Source of the DNA: an uncultured archaeon
GTDB taxonomy: Archaea; Aenigmatarchaeota; Aenigmatarchaeia; QMZP01; QMZT01
Assembly: GCA_964346665.1 (NCBI GenBank)
Contig: CAYFVC010000026.1
Coordinates: forward strand, 18,197 to 82,196
Direction: 5' to 3'
DNA length: 64,000 bases
The translations under genes and the position numbers were made by a program. The notes beneath the pieces were generated by a model, which ran no database searches, was not told the origin of the DNA, and saw only the letters and a program-made list of their open reading frames with translations. How positions within the stretch are numbered: position 1 is the first letter of the stretch; the number at the start of each line of letters is the position of its first letter. This document shows positions 36,511 to 46,150 of the stretch, piece by piece.

Positions 36511-37596
36511 ATGAAATTGGAAAATGTGATTGAAGAAGCTTTTCTCGTGAAGCCGGATGATACCCTCTCGCATGTTGCATCCAGAATGGCTGAAGCGAAA
36601 AAATATGAGGCATTCGTATTTGATGGGGGATTGAAAGGTATCGTCACGCTTGATGATATGGTGAAAAGGAGGGTTAGCGAACCGAAGAAAACGAAGGTTT
36701 CACATTTCATGAAACCATTAAATCCATTCCCCATCGATACGTCTGTTGAGGACATAATCAACTACATGCTGGTCAGCGAATACAGATCGCTTCCTATCGA
36801 GAAGGAAGGGAAGATCTATGCTGTTTCTAAACCCAGATTGCTTAAATTCGTGAAGGACGAGGTGTTCGAGAGGGAGAAAGCGAAAGATGTGATGCAATTC
36901 CCTTATTGTGCAAGCGAAGATGATACGATTTTGACTGTGATCTCCGTAATGAAGGATACAGGGTTAAACAGGATACCAATTCTGGATAAGAAAGGGGAGT
37001 TTGCTGGTCTCGTTGACAGCCTGAGCCTCGCAAGCGTATTGATCGACGAGCGAAGATCGAAGCGTGGGGATAGATTTGGGGATAGAACGAAACTGGGGGA
37101 CATCGGAATAAACAGATTTCTTAGAACCGATATAATAAAAGTGGAACCTAACACCGAAGTGAAACAAATCGTTAGGGAAGTTTCGAAAGAAGGTGTTTGC
37201 GCGGTTATTGTGGAGAAAAACGAAAGGTTTCTGGGGATGATCACCATCAAGGACCTCTTCAAGCTAATAGGGAAATCGCTAGAAACCGTTTACGTGAGGG
37301 TCACCGGCCTGGACGGTGAGGATGATTTCATAAAGATGAAAATAGACGAGATGGTAGAGAATACTATATCGAAACTCCTGAAATTCGTAACCGTAACCTA
37401 CGTGGCGATACATGCTGAAACCCATAAGAGCGGAGGCAAACGAAAGAAGTATTCCGTACAGGGAAGAATAGTCACGGAAAAGGGAAGCTTCTACGCAAGC
37501 GATCACGAATGGGACCCAACAAAGGCAATGAAACTGTTCCTAGCGAAAGTGGAAAGGGAGATTCACAAGCGCATTGAGAAGGGACGGAGGTATTAG
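36511..37596 (+). CDS. CBS-domain protein (two CBS pairs) with an additional C-terminal domain
   Basis: Four CBS-like units (..ASRMAEAKKYEAFVFDG.KGIVTLDDM.., ..RIPILDKKGEFAGLVDSLSL.., ..AVIVEKNERFLGMITIKDL..) plus a roughly 90-aa C-terminal extension. Confidence 0.6.
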   Translation: MKLENVIEEAFLVKPDDTLSHVASRMAEAKKYEAFVFDGGLKGIVTLDDMVKRRVSEPKKTKVSHFMKPLNPFPIDTSVEDIINYMLVSEYRSLPIEKEGKIYAVSKPRLLKFVKDEVFEREKAKDVMQFPYCASEDDTILTVISVMKDTGLNRIPILDKKGEFAGLVDSLSLASVLIDERRSKRGDRFGDRTKLGDIGINRFLRTDIIKVEPNTEVKQIVREVSKEGVCAVIVEKNERFLGMITIKDLFKLIGKSLETVYVRVTGLDGEDDFIKMKIDEMVENTISKLLKFVTVTYVAIHAETHKSGGKRKKYSVQGRIVTEKGSFYASDHEWDPTKAMKLFLAKVEREIHKRIEKGRRY

Positions 37597-39074
37597 AATA
37601 TCTTTTTCTCTTGGAAGAAATCATTTATTTTCGATTCCAAATCCTTTATTTTCACACGTATCTGTTTCATGGAATCCCTATCTCGTAATGTCACATCCTG
37701 CTTTTTCAAGGAATCGTAATCCACTGTTATCGCAAGCGGGATTCCTAGTTGGTCATAGATAACATAACGTTTGCCTATCGATTGCTTTTCATCGTATCTT
37801 GTTTCGAAGTTCGTCTTCAAAATATCGTGTATTTCCTTCGCTTTACTATCGACTCCATCTTTTCTAACGAGCGGGAGTATAACAACATCCAAGGGCGTAA
37901 GCTCTCGGGGGAATTTTAAAACGGGTTTTCCGCCCCTTTCCGTTAACGAATTCTCCAGAACAGCGTAAAATATACGATCGAGTCCCATTGATATCTCGAA
38001 TATGTGGGGGATGAATTTTTCTTCGTCTTCCACAACCGAAAGGTCTGAACCGGAAACCTTTGAATGGGAGGAGAGGTCGAAATCCATCCGGTAGTTGCAG
38101 GCTACGAGCTCGAGCCATCCCACACTCGTTTTCACCTCGAAATCCCATGTCTCTTTCGAATAGAAGGCCTTTGCCTTATCCTCTAGTTCGCGTAAGCGGA
38201 TGTCCTTCGAATCAAATCCACATTTCTCGAAAAACTCTTGGGTTACCGCTAAATAATAACCTATAAGCTTGCCTGATACCATTTTTTTCTTCACTGCCTT
38301 TTCCAGAGTAAGGTTTTCTGTTTTTTTCTTTCCCAAAAGTTTCAATCGGAGCTTGAAATTCTTGTACTTGCCGAACTCAGGAACGTTGTTTATCTTTTTC
38401 GGGTTGAAAAAAACCTCTGTTTCGAGCTGAGTGAACTCCCTCGTTCTTATCAATCCCTGTCTGGGGGAGATTTCGTTTCTGAATGCCCTGCCCACTTGAG
38501 AAATTCCAAGTGGTAGAGAAACCCTTGAAGTTTTATAGATTTTCTGAAATGCGGTAAAAATGTTCTGGCATGTTTCCGGCCGAAGGTAGGCATTTAGTTC
38601 TTTGGATAAGGGTCCGATTGAAGTCCCTATCATCATGTTGAATTTCTTAACTTTCGAAAGACTTCCTTTGCACTCGGGGCAGTGAATTTTGAATTTCTTT
38701 ATCAATTTGTTGAACTCGGAAATGTCCAAGGCTTCCGGTGTTTCCTTTTTCGTTTTTTCCTCTATCAGTTTATCCGCCCTGAATATCTTATGGCATTTTC
38801 TGCATTGTATTAAGGGGTCAACGAAGCCTTTAAGGTGTCCTGAGGCCTCGAAATTTCTTTTAGGAAGTATTAAACAACCTTCTATTTCAAGGGAATCCGT
38901 TTTTCTAACGAGCTCTTTCCTCCACAAATCGATTATTTTCCTTCTTAGTATCGTTCCTAAGTGGCCGAAATCCCAGAACCCTGAGGGTGGTGAATGTATC
39001 TCGGCTGAGGGGAAAAACAAACCCCTTTGATCAGCGAGTTCCTGTATGCGAAGGAACTTGTCCATGGACATCAC
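37593..39074 (-). CDS. glyS: Glycyl-tRNA synthetase (archaeal/eukaryotic alpha2 type)
   Basis: ..GLFFPSAEIHSPPSGFWDFGHLG.. N-terminal signature of class II GlyRS, a zinc-binding insertion, and the anticodon-binding C-terminus. Confidence 0.9.
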   Translation of the reverse strand: MMSMDKFLRIQELADQRGLFFPSAEIHSPPSGFWDFGHLGTILRRKIIDLWRKELVRKTDSLEIEGCLILPKRNFEASGHLKGFVDPLIQCRKCHKIFRADKLIEEKTKKETPEALDISEFNKLIKKFKIHCPECKGSLSKVKKFNMMIGTSIGPLSKELNAYLRPETCQNIFTAFQKIYKTSRVSLPLGISQVGRAFRNEISPRQGLIRTREFTQLETEVFFNPKKINNVPEFGKYKNFKLRLKLLGKKKTENLTLEKAVKKKMVSGKLIGYYLAVTQEFFEKCGFDSKDIRLRELEDKAKAFYSKETWDFEVKTSVGWLELVACNYRMDFDLSSHSKVSGSDLSVVEDEEKFIPHIFEISMGLDRIFYAVLENSLTERGGKPVLKFPRELTPLDVVILPLVRKDGVDSKAKEIHDILKTNFETRYDEKQSIGKRYVIYDQLGIPLAITVDYDSLKKQDVTLRDRDSMKQIRVKIKDLESKINDFFQEKKIF

Positions 39075-39109
39075 ATATAAATTTATTGTAATCGCTTTAA
39101 TAAGATAGT

Positions 39110-39781
39110 ATGTCTCCGAAAACGTTCGAAAGAAGCTTGAAGGTTGATTTCCATATACATTCTAGCTTTTCGCCTGATGGCGACATGTCTCCAAGGGAGA
39201 TCGTAAGTCTAGCGAAAAAACTCGGTTTCGATGCGATAGCGGTCACCGATCACAACACCATAGAAGGTGGGAAAGAAACCGAAAAACTCGCTAGGAATTT
39301 GATCGTTTTTGTTGGTTCGGAGATTCGAACGGAGGAAGGAGAGATCATAGGTTTGAATTTGGAAAGGGATATACCTGGGGATCTCCCGCTCATACAAACA
39401 TGCAAACTAGTAAAGGAGCAGGGAGGCTTCATAATCGTTCCTCACCCCTTCGACAGGATGAGGAGGGGAGTTGTGAATGGTTTGAAAAAAATAGTTAAAT
39501 ATACAGATGCGGTGGAGGTTTTCAACGCGAGGACATTGTTTTATAAGTTCAACAGGGATTCACTAGAGTTTGCAGAAAAACACGGGATTCCGAAGGTCGC
39601 CGGCTCAGATGCACATTTCGGGAACGAAATTGGTTCGGCCTACACATTTGTGGATTCTGAGAAAAGTAAGAATGCTATACTGGAAGCCGTAAAAAGAAAA
39701 AGAACAAGAATATTTGGGGAGAAAACAGGCATTCGTCCACACTGGAAAACATTCGTAACGAAAATGGGCAAAAAGTTTTAA
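39110..39781 (+). CDS. PHP-family metal-dependent phosphoesterase
   Basis: [13 protein letters not shown]...AVTDHNT and ..GSDAHF.. PHP motifs. Confidence 0.75.
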   Translation: MSPKTFERSLKVDFHIHSSFSPDGDMSPREIVSLAKKLGFDAIAVTDHNTIEGGKETEKLARNLIVFVGSEIRTEEGEIIGLNLERDIPGDLPLIQTCKLVKEQGGFIIVPHPFDRMRRGVVNGLKKIVKYTDAVEVFNARTLFYKFNRDSLEFAEKHGIPKVAGSDAHFGNEIGSAYTFVDSEKSKNAILEAVKRKRTRIFGEKTGIRPHWKTFVTKMGKKF

Positions 39782-40785
39782 GTTGGCAAAGACTCTGTTA
39801 TGTTTTCTAAACCCTCCTTTATTTCCTCTTCTATATCTTCAAGGGTTTCGTATTTCTTCAATTCATCCGTTAGGTTTTCTATCGGTTCTTTTATGGTTTC
39901 AGGCACGTCTTCCATCAAATCCTCCGTATACGTATCAATCGTATTCGCCATCTTCTCATTTGCCTGACCTACAACCGGTATCGTGAGTATGATGAAGGAT
40001 ATTATAACGACAGGGAGAAGGAGGTATTCAATCACTATCATGTTGTTTATTCTGTGAAATTCTATATCCATTTGTTTGAACAGCAAAAGCACGAATAATG
40101 GTATGGTTACGAGGAGTATCATGCTGAGCGGGAAGCCGTATTGAATGAATGACAATACGTATGAAACCACACCTATAATTCCTAGACCTATGAACAGTTT
40201 TTTCTTGTTCTTTATTGTTCCGCCCTTGAATTTGAATTTGTATATGAGATAACTGGTTGTGTAAACTATTGAAAAAGCGAAAAAAAGCCAGAAAGGAAAT
40301 TTAATTAGATTGGTTGTGAGCGCGAACCACCCGCAGGAAAATTTAAGGAATTCTATCGCCGTTATGTTTACCGTTGTTTTACGCAAACTTTTTTTGAACC
40401 TCGTGTACGGGGAGGAATGCAGGAAATTAAGGAACAACATGGCGAAAATTATGAGGAAAAACCACCTGCTTATAATGAAGGCTAAAGCCAAACCCAAACC
40501 TGCAAAAAACAAAGCTAAAGCTTTCGCTGAGTTCGTTCCCATATGACCTCCTGCCACCAATTTCCACTTCAATTTTTCCCTGTCCTTTCTGTCTTCCCTA
40601 TGATCAACCATATCGTTGTATAGGTAAACAGAGGAATATGCGATAAGAAAACTGGATAAAGCTAGGAAGGTTGTATACATATCGGGTACGCCCACCAAGA
40701 ACCAAAAAAGAACAACACCTAGTGAGAATTGAACAACATTCTTTGGCAAACTTATCGTCACGCTGTTGAAAAGCAATTTTCTCAT
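39778..40785 (-). CDS. UbiA-family prenyltransferase with acidic C-terminal extension
   Basis: Polytopic membrane protein with an Asp-rich motif [15 protein letters not shown] (NDxxDxxxD); the C-terminal roughly 60 aa are E/D-rich. Confidence 0.7.
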   Translation of the reverse strand: MRKLLFNSVTISLPKNVVQFSLGVVLFWFLVGVPDMYTTFLALSSFLIAYSSVYLYNDMVDHREDRKDREKLKWKLVAGGHMGTNSAKALALFFAGLGLALAFIISRWFFLIIFAMLFLNFLHSSPYTRFKKSLRKTTVNITAIEFLKFSCGWFALTTNLIKFPFWLFFAFSIVYTTSYLIYKFKFKGGTIKNKKKLFIGLGIIGVVSYVLSFIQYGFPLSMILLVTIPLFVLLLFKQMDIEFHRINNMIVIEYLLLPVVIISFIILTIPVVGQANEKMANTIDTYTEDLMEDVPETIKEPIENLTDELKKYETLEDIEEEIKEGLENITESLPT

Positions 40786-40803
40786 GATCTCACAGTTATA
40801 TAT

Positions 40804-41571
40804 TCAAACCCGTCCTTTTTTATTTGTTTTCTTTTGCTTTCTCGCTTTCACGACCAACGTTGATGCCAAGGAAGCCCTTTTGGCGAAAACTGAATCCACC
40901 TTATTCCATAAACTCTCCTTCCACTTACTTCGCGTACCGTCAGCGAGGACCGGGCTCCCGATGACCTTTTCTATTGAAAATCCCTTAAACCTAAGGAGTT
41001 CTGTTAGCGAACGTCTGGTGAATGCGTGAATGTGTCCCACGCCCTCTTTAATGAGCGGGTTCCCCGTATACGTTTTTAAGGAGGATTCGATCCACGTGGG
41101 CATGAAACCGAACAAAAGAAAAACCCGATTATACCAGGAAGCTATGTTCGGGACTGAAACTATCAGATACCCATTCGTTTTCAGAGCTTTTCTCACGTTC
41201 TCTAGGAGATTTTCTGTATCGTACAAATGTTCAAGCAAATCCCCGCAAAACACCATATCGAAACTGTTTTTTCCGAAAGGGAATTTTTGTTTGTCAACGT
41301 CAATAACCTTCGCTACTATTCCTCTTTTCCTCGCTTTCTCTACAGCCATTGGACTTATGTCCACCCCGTAAACCTTCGCTCCCGTCGCATTTGCTATCAA
41401 GGTGGATATGAGACCGTCACCGCAGCCAACATCCAGAACCTTTCCCTTTTCGTGTTTTTCCGATAAACTCAACACTGTATTTATCTTCTTTCTCTGTATT
41501 TTGTAGTACCTTTTCGCTTCCTTATCGAATATATTTGAATAGAATTTTCTGTTATATTCGCTCGTGTCCAT
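40804..41571 (-). CDS. Class I SAM-dependent methyltransferase
   Basis: Motif I VLDVGCGDG, then the acidic loop ..VYGVDISP.. and ..FDMVFCGDLLEH... Confidence 0.75.
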   Translation of the reverse strand: MDTSEYNRKFYSNIFDKEAKRYYKIQRKKINTVLSLSEKHEKGKVLDVGCGDGLISTLIANATGAKVYGVDISPMAVEKARKRGIVAKVIDVDKQKFPFGKNSFDMVFCGDLLEHLYDTENLLENVRKALKTNGYLIVSVPNIASWYNRVFLLFGFMPTWIESSLKTYTGNPLIKEGVGHIHAFTRRSLTELLRFKGFSIEKVIGSPVLADGTRSKWKESLWNKVDSVFAKRASLASTLVVKARKQKKTNKKGRV

Positions 41572-41620
41572 GTAGAGATTTGAACTTCAAAATTATAAAA
41601 ATGGAATACCATATTAATTT

Positions 41621-43129
41621 ATGAGCTTACAAAAACTTCTTGAAACCTTGAGTCCAATGGAAAGGAATGTGCTCCCATTTCTCAAAGACAGGATCGAACT
41701 ACGGGAAATCGCGAAACTTTCGAAACTCAAGGATGTTGAAGCGATGAGGGCTTTACAGTGGCTGGAGAACAAAGGCGTGTTGAAGATAAAATCCTCATCG
41801 AGGGATATCATAGAACTCGGCAAGAACGGGGAGATTTACGAAAGGGCTGGTCTGCCGGAAAAAAGGTTTCTTTCCGCTCTTCAGGATAAGATGAGTCTGG
41901 ATGAATTGAAGGAGAAAACCAAGCTTAATGAGAACGAAATCAAAATATGCATGGGTTTACTGAAATCTCGATACGCAATAACGATACTGGGGGATGAAAT
42001 AGAACCTACAGGCGAAAGGGGTAAACTTCTTGAAAAGGGCTTTCCTGAGGAAGATCTTCTTAAGAAATTGCCCAAGCCCCTTGACGAATTGAGTGGGGAG
42101 GAAAAAATTGTCGTGAAGAAATTGCTAAAGAGAAAGGATATTGTGAAGAAAAACGTAACCAAGCTTAAATACGTTGAACTCACGGGTCTTGGGAAAAAAA
42201 TTATTGAGAAAGCCGAATACAAGAAACTTGATTTTGTGGAGAAGTTGACGCCAAAGATGTTGAAAGGGAAAGCATGGGTAGGAAAAAGGTTTAGGAGGTA
42301 TGATATAGAAACAAGTGTTCCTAAAATTCATTCAGGCAAAAGACAGCCATACAGCGAATTTCTTCAAGATGTCCGTGATAAGCTTCTCTCACTTGGTTTC
42401 AAGGAAATGAGAGGTCCGATAATCGAATTGGAGTTCTTCAACTTCGATTCCCTGTTTCAACCTCAGAATCATCCCGCAAGGGACTGGAGTGCAAGCTATC
42501 GGGTAAAGGAACCCAGATATGGAAGGCTTCCGGATAAAAAGATCGTGCTCGCGGTGAAAAAAGCGCATGAAAGGGGGATTCCGGGGTCTTCAGGATGGGG
42601 ATACGAATGGAGCGAAAAGATAGCTTCGCAGTTAATGCCTAGGGCGCATGATACTGCGATATCCCCTCGTTACCTTGCAAAAGGCGTCGAAATCCCAGGA
42701 AAATATTTTACCCTGGTTCGTTGCTTCAGGCCGGATGTGATAGATTCAACGCATGCCGTTGAATTCAGTCAGCTAGGAGGATTCGTGATTGATAAAGGTC
42801 TTTCGTTCAGACATTTGCTTGGTTTGCTAAAACAGTTCGTTTTTGAAACCACGGGGATTGAGGAAACGAAGTTCGTTCCTGATTACTTCCCTTTCACAGA
42901 GCCTTCTGTCCAGATTTCAGCCAAACACCCGAAATTCGGTTGGGTTGAGCTAGCGGGGGCGGGCGTTTTCAGGCCAGAGCTAACGGAACCTCTTGGCGTG
43001 AAGGAGCCTGTAATAGCCTGGGGTTTCGGGATAGACAGGCTGGCGATGATGAAGCTGAATATCAAGGATATACGAAACCTATTTTCGCAAGATCTCGAAT
43101 TTTTAAGAAAATCCAGGAGGGTATTCTGA
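41621..43129 (+). CDS. pheS: Phenylalanyl-tRNA synthetase alpha subunit (archaeal form with N-terminal wHTH-like repeats)
   Basis: Class II catalytic core (..FNFDSLFQPQNHPARD.., ..FRPD..) and the N-terminal extension typical of archaeal PheS. Confidence 0.9.
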   Translation: MSLQKLLETLSPMERNVLPFLKDRIELREIAKLSKLKDVEAMRALQWLENKGVLKIKSSSRDIIELGKNGEIYERAGLPEKRFLSALQDKMSLDELKEKTKLNENEIKICMGLLKSRYAITILGDEIEPTGERGKLLEKGFPEEDLLKKLPKPLDELSGEEKIVVKKLLKRKDIVKKNVTKLKYVELTGLGKKIIEKAEYKKLDFVEKLTPKMLKGKAWVGKRFRRYDIETSVPKIHSGKRQPYSEFLQDVRDKLLSLGFKEMRGPIIELEFFNFDSLFQPQNHPARDWSASYRVKEPRYGRLPDKKIVLAVKKAHERGIPGSSGWGYEWSEKIASQLMPRAHDTAISPRYLAKGVEIPGKYFTLVRCFRPDVIDSTHAVEFSQLGGFVIDKGLSFRHLLGLLKQFVFETTGIEETKFVPDYFPFTEPSVQISAKHPKFGWVELAGAGVFRPELTEPLGVKEPVIAWGFGIDRLAMMKLNIKDIRNLFSQDLEFLRKSRRVF

Positions 43130-44799
43130 TGCCGACCATTGAAATCTCTTTGAAGGACCTCAACAAACTCGTTGGGAAGAAATTCAGTCCTAAACAGTTG
43201 GAAGAAGCATTGGAATACGTTAAAGGAGAGATAGAATCGAGGGAGGGAGATAGACTAAGGATTGAAATCGCCGACACGAACAGGCCTGATTTGTGGTCGG
43301 TGGAGGGAGTAGCGAGGGAATTGCGATCGAAATACACGAGAGATAAGGGTGTGATCAAATACAAAACTAAGAAATCAGGCCTTAAGGTGGTAATTGACAG
43401 GAATTTGAAAAACATAAGGCCGAGAACTGTCTGTGCCGTGGTGAAAAGTTTGAAGATTAACGATGAGGTCTTATTTCAAATGATACAACTGCAGGAAAAG
43501 ATATGTGAAACGTTCGGGAGAAACCGAAGGGAAGTTGCCCTTGGCATTTACGATTACCATAAGATTTCTCCTCCAATTCACTTTCGTGCGTACAAACCGG
43601 ATGGAATAAAATTCACTCCCTTGGAGTTCGATAAGGAATTGAATTTGAGGCAGATCCTCTCGCAACACCCGAAAGGGAAGGAATACGGGTATTTGCTAGC
43701 GAATTTTGAAAAGTATCCAATATTCATAGATTCGAAAAATCAGGTTCTTTCAATGCCACCGATCATAAACTCGGATTACACTGGAAAGGTAACGGAAAAA
43801 ACGAAGGATGTGTTTATAGAGTGTTCGGGATTCGATATGAAGTTCTTGTCGCCTGCATTGAACATAATGGTTTCATCCCTCGCCGACAGGGGAGGGGAGA
43901 TCGAAACTGTTGATGTTGTTTTCCCCGGTGGGAAAATCGAAACGCCTGATCTGAAACCTAAAAAAATAGTTGTGGTTTCAGAAAAAATAAGAAAACTCTC
44001 AGGGCTGGATTTGAAATCTAATCAAGTCAAAGAACTACTTTTGAGGTCAAGGTATGATGTCGAAAGCAAAGAGGGGAAATTCCTTGTTTCCTATCCTGCA
44101 TACAGACAGGATATCATGCACCAGATTGACGTGATAGAGGATATGATGATTTCTTATGGTTACAACCGAATCGAACCGGTTATACCAAAAATAGCCAGCA
44201 TGGGAAAGTTAACGAATATAAATGAATTTTCAAAAAAGGTCTCTGATATAATGGTGGGTTTGGGTTCGCAAGAAATTCTTTCATATGTACTCACAAATAA
44301 GGACGACCTCGTAAAAAAGATGAATTTGGAGGATATGAAAGCTATAGAAGTTGATAATCCTGTCTCCAAGAATTGGAGTGTATTTCGAACGTGGATAATT
44401 CCATCGCTTATAGAATTTCTTGGTAAGAACACGAACAGGGAATATCCTCAAAACATATTCGAGATAGGCGAGGTCGTGATTTTAGATGAAAAAGCGGAAA
44501 CGAAAACCAAGAATCCCGTGAGGCTTGCATGGGCTTTTACGGATTCTGAGGCAAATTTCACAAAAGCAAAGCAGAGCTTCGACTTCTTCATGAGAAATCT
44601 CGGTGTTGATTATAAGATTAGCGAAGCTGATCACCATTCTTTCATACCCGGAAGGGTGGGGAGGGTTTCAGCGAAGGGGAAGAAAATCGCGTACATAGGT
44701 GAAATCCATCCTCAGGTTCTGGACAACTTCGGATTGGAACAGCCTGCTTGCGCTTTCGAGGTGAACCTAAGCGATTTGCTCGGAATTCTGAAAAAATAA
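43129..44799 (+). CDS. pheT: Phenylalanyl-tRNA synthetase beta subunit (archaeal)
   Basis: B3/B4 editing-domain-like N-terminus and B5 region; about 556 aa; start codon overlaps the pheS stop (ATGA). Confidence 0.9.
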   Translation: MPTIEISLKDLNKLVGKKFSPKQLEEALEYVKGEIESREGDRLRIEIADTNRPDLWSVEGVARELRSKYTRDKGVIKYKTKKSGLKVVIDRNLKNIRPRTVCAVVKSLKINDEVLFQMIQLQEKICETFGRNRREVALGIYDYHKISPPIHFRAYKPDGIKFTPLEFDKELNLRQILSQHPKGKEYGYLLANFEKYPIFIDSKNQVLSMPPIINSDYTGKVTEKTKDVFIECSGFDMKFLSPALNIMVSSLADRGGEIETVDVVFPGGKIETPDLKPKKIVVVSEKIRKLSGLDLKSNQVKELLLRSRYDVESKEGKFLVSYPAYRQDIMHQIDVIEDMMISYGYNRIEPVIPKIASMGKLTNINEFSKKVSDIMVGLGSQEILSYVLTNKDDLVKKMNLEDMKAIEVDNPVSKNWSVFRTWIIPSLIEFLGKNTNREYPQNIFEIGEVVILDEKAETKTKNPVRLAWAFTDSEANFTKAKQSFDFFMRNLGVDYKISEADHHSFIPGRVGRVSAKGKKIAYIGEIHPQVLDNFGLEQPACAFEVNLSDLLGILKK

Positions 44800-44841
44800 T
44801 TTCAATCTCAAATTTTTAATACCGAAAATTATACAGAGATT

Positions 44842-45087
44842 ATGAATGTAAATTTCTGGCTTTTGAAGACAAGCAGAATTAGCGCATATGTCTTGATTGT
44901 TTTAATGTTGGTTTATCTTATCACAGGTTTCTCCATGATAGGTCTTTATGATATGCACAGAATTGTTGACAAGAACTTTGCAATATACATGCATGTGAAC
45001 CTTTTTTTGTATTTAATTATTTTCCTTGTTTTACACTGCGGGATAGACGTATATTTCGCGCTGAAAAGGTGGAAGATTATAAAGTGA
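44842..45087 (+). CDS. Small membrane protein (two TM)
   Basis: Hydrophobic 81-aa ORF with an ATG start after an AT-rich spacer; no family recognised. Confidence 0.35.
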   Translation: MNVNFWLLKTSRISAYVLIVLMLVYLITGFSMIGLYDMHRIVDKNFAIYMHVNLFLYLIIFLVLHCGIDVYFALKRWKIIK

Positions 45088-45104
45088 ATTCTATGGGGAA
45101 GGAT

Positions 45105-45866
45105 CTATCTCATCAGCCAGCCGAACAAGCGAAAACCCCAAGGTATTTTTGGGGTATATTCCTCTCCGATAAGCGAAGCTGCTATCGACTTTATGTGCTG
45201 TGCTGCAGGTGATTTCGGATTGTAAGAAACGACAGGCTCTTTTAAAGCTATCGCCTTTCGAACTTCCCTGTCTTCTGGGATTTTCCCTATCACGGGCAAA
45301 CCGAGCATTTTTTCTATGTGATCTATAGGGACTTCGTGTGATTCCTTTTTTATCCTGTTCACAACCACTCCTAAATTATGAGTGGTGTACTTGTTTGCGA
45401 TAAGGCTGAGTTTGAGTGCATCAGTTATCGCGGGGAGTTCGGGGTTGGTTACGGTTATCAATTCGTCCGCTGCCTCTATTGCTGCATGTGAATCCTTTCC
45501 GAGCCCTGCAGGAGAATCGATCAGTATGAAGTCGTTTCCCTCAATTAGTTTGTAGAAGATATTGATGTATTCATAGGATTTCACGTCCCTGATCTTTCTC
45601 ATGGATATGTCTGCGGGGACTATTTTAAAACCTGTTTTATGCATATAGGTCACGTCATTTATCCTCGCCCTTCCCTCAAACACATCGTGTAATGTTTTAG
45701 GATACAGGTGCATGCCCAAGTGAATCGCAAGGTTAGAAGTGGTGAGATTTGAATCCAAGGCAACGACTGACTTCCCGTATTGCGCAAGAGCAGAAGAAAG
45801 GTTCGCGACAAGTGTTGTCTTCCCTACGCCACCTTTTCCAGAAGATATTGTAATTATCCTCGACAT
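45105..45866 (-). CDS. minD: MinD/ParA-family P-loop ATPase (archaeal MinD-like)
   Basis: Deviant Walker A ITISSGKGGVGKTT and MinD-like switch regions; 253 aa. Confidence 0.85.
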   Translation of the reverse strand: MSRIITISSGKGGVGKTTLVANLSSALAQYGKSVVALDSNLTTSNLAIHLGMHLYPKTLHDVFEGRARINDVTYMHKTGFKIVPADISMRKIRDVKSYEYINIFYKLIEGNDFILIDSPAGLGKDSHAAIEAADELITVTNPELPAITDALKLSLIANKYTTHNLGVVVNRIKKESHEVPIDHIEKMLGLPVIGKIPEDREVRKAIALKEPVVSYNPKSPAAQHIKSIAASLIGEEYTPKIPWGFRLFGWLMR

Positions 45867-45946
45867 AATTATAGTTTATTCGCGAAAAGTTATAAATCTA
45901 TGTAGTTTCGGTGGACTCAGGCATAACCTGAGTCATACGCTGTTTA

Positions 45947-46061
45947 CGGGCCTGGGGGGATTCGAACCCCCGACCTTTAGCTTAGGAGGCTACTGCTCTA
46001 ATGTCGATCGTCAAGGATACAAATCCTTGACATTTGAAACTTCCAACTGAGCTACAGGCCC
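45947..46061 (-). tRNA. tRNA-Arg (anticodon CCU) with a putative intron of about 41 nt in the D-loop
   Basis: On the minus strand: GGGCCUG-UA-GCUC-AGUUGG[intron]UA-GAGC-A-GUAGC-CUCCUAA-GCUAA-AGGUC-GGGGG-UUCGAAU-CCCCC-CAGGCCC-G. Acceptor and T arms are perfect, U33 and A37 are present, and removing AAGUUUCAAAUGUCAAGGAUUUGUAUCCUUGACGAUCGACAU restores a canonical D-arm GCUCAGUUGGUAGAGC. Position 27:43 is a G.A mismatch. Confidence 0.6.
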
Positions 46062-46150
46062 ATATTTCGAGGGACGCAGGCGAAGCCTACGTCAAATGCT
46101 CTTTGGGAAAGATGCACATTAAAGTGTGCATCAACTTATCAGGTTTTTAT

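Noticed and set aside
36237-36761. 174-aa minus-strand ORF
   Set aside because: It overlaps the well-supported rps17e and the start of the CBS-domain gene on the opposite strand; its translation is low-complexity with no motifs. It is a spurious antisense ORF.
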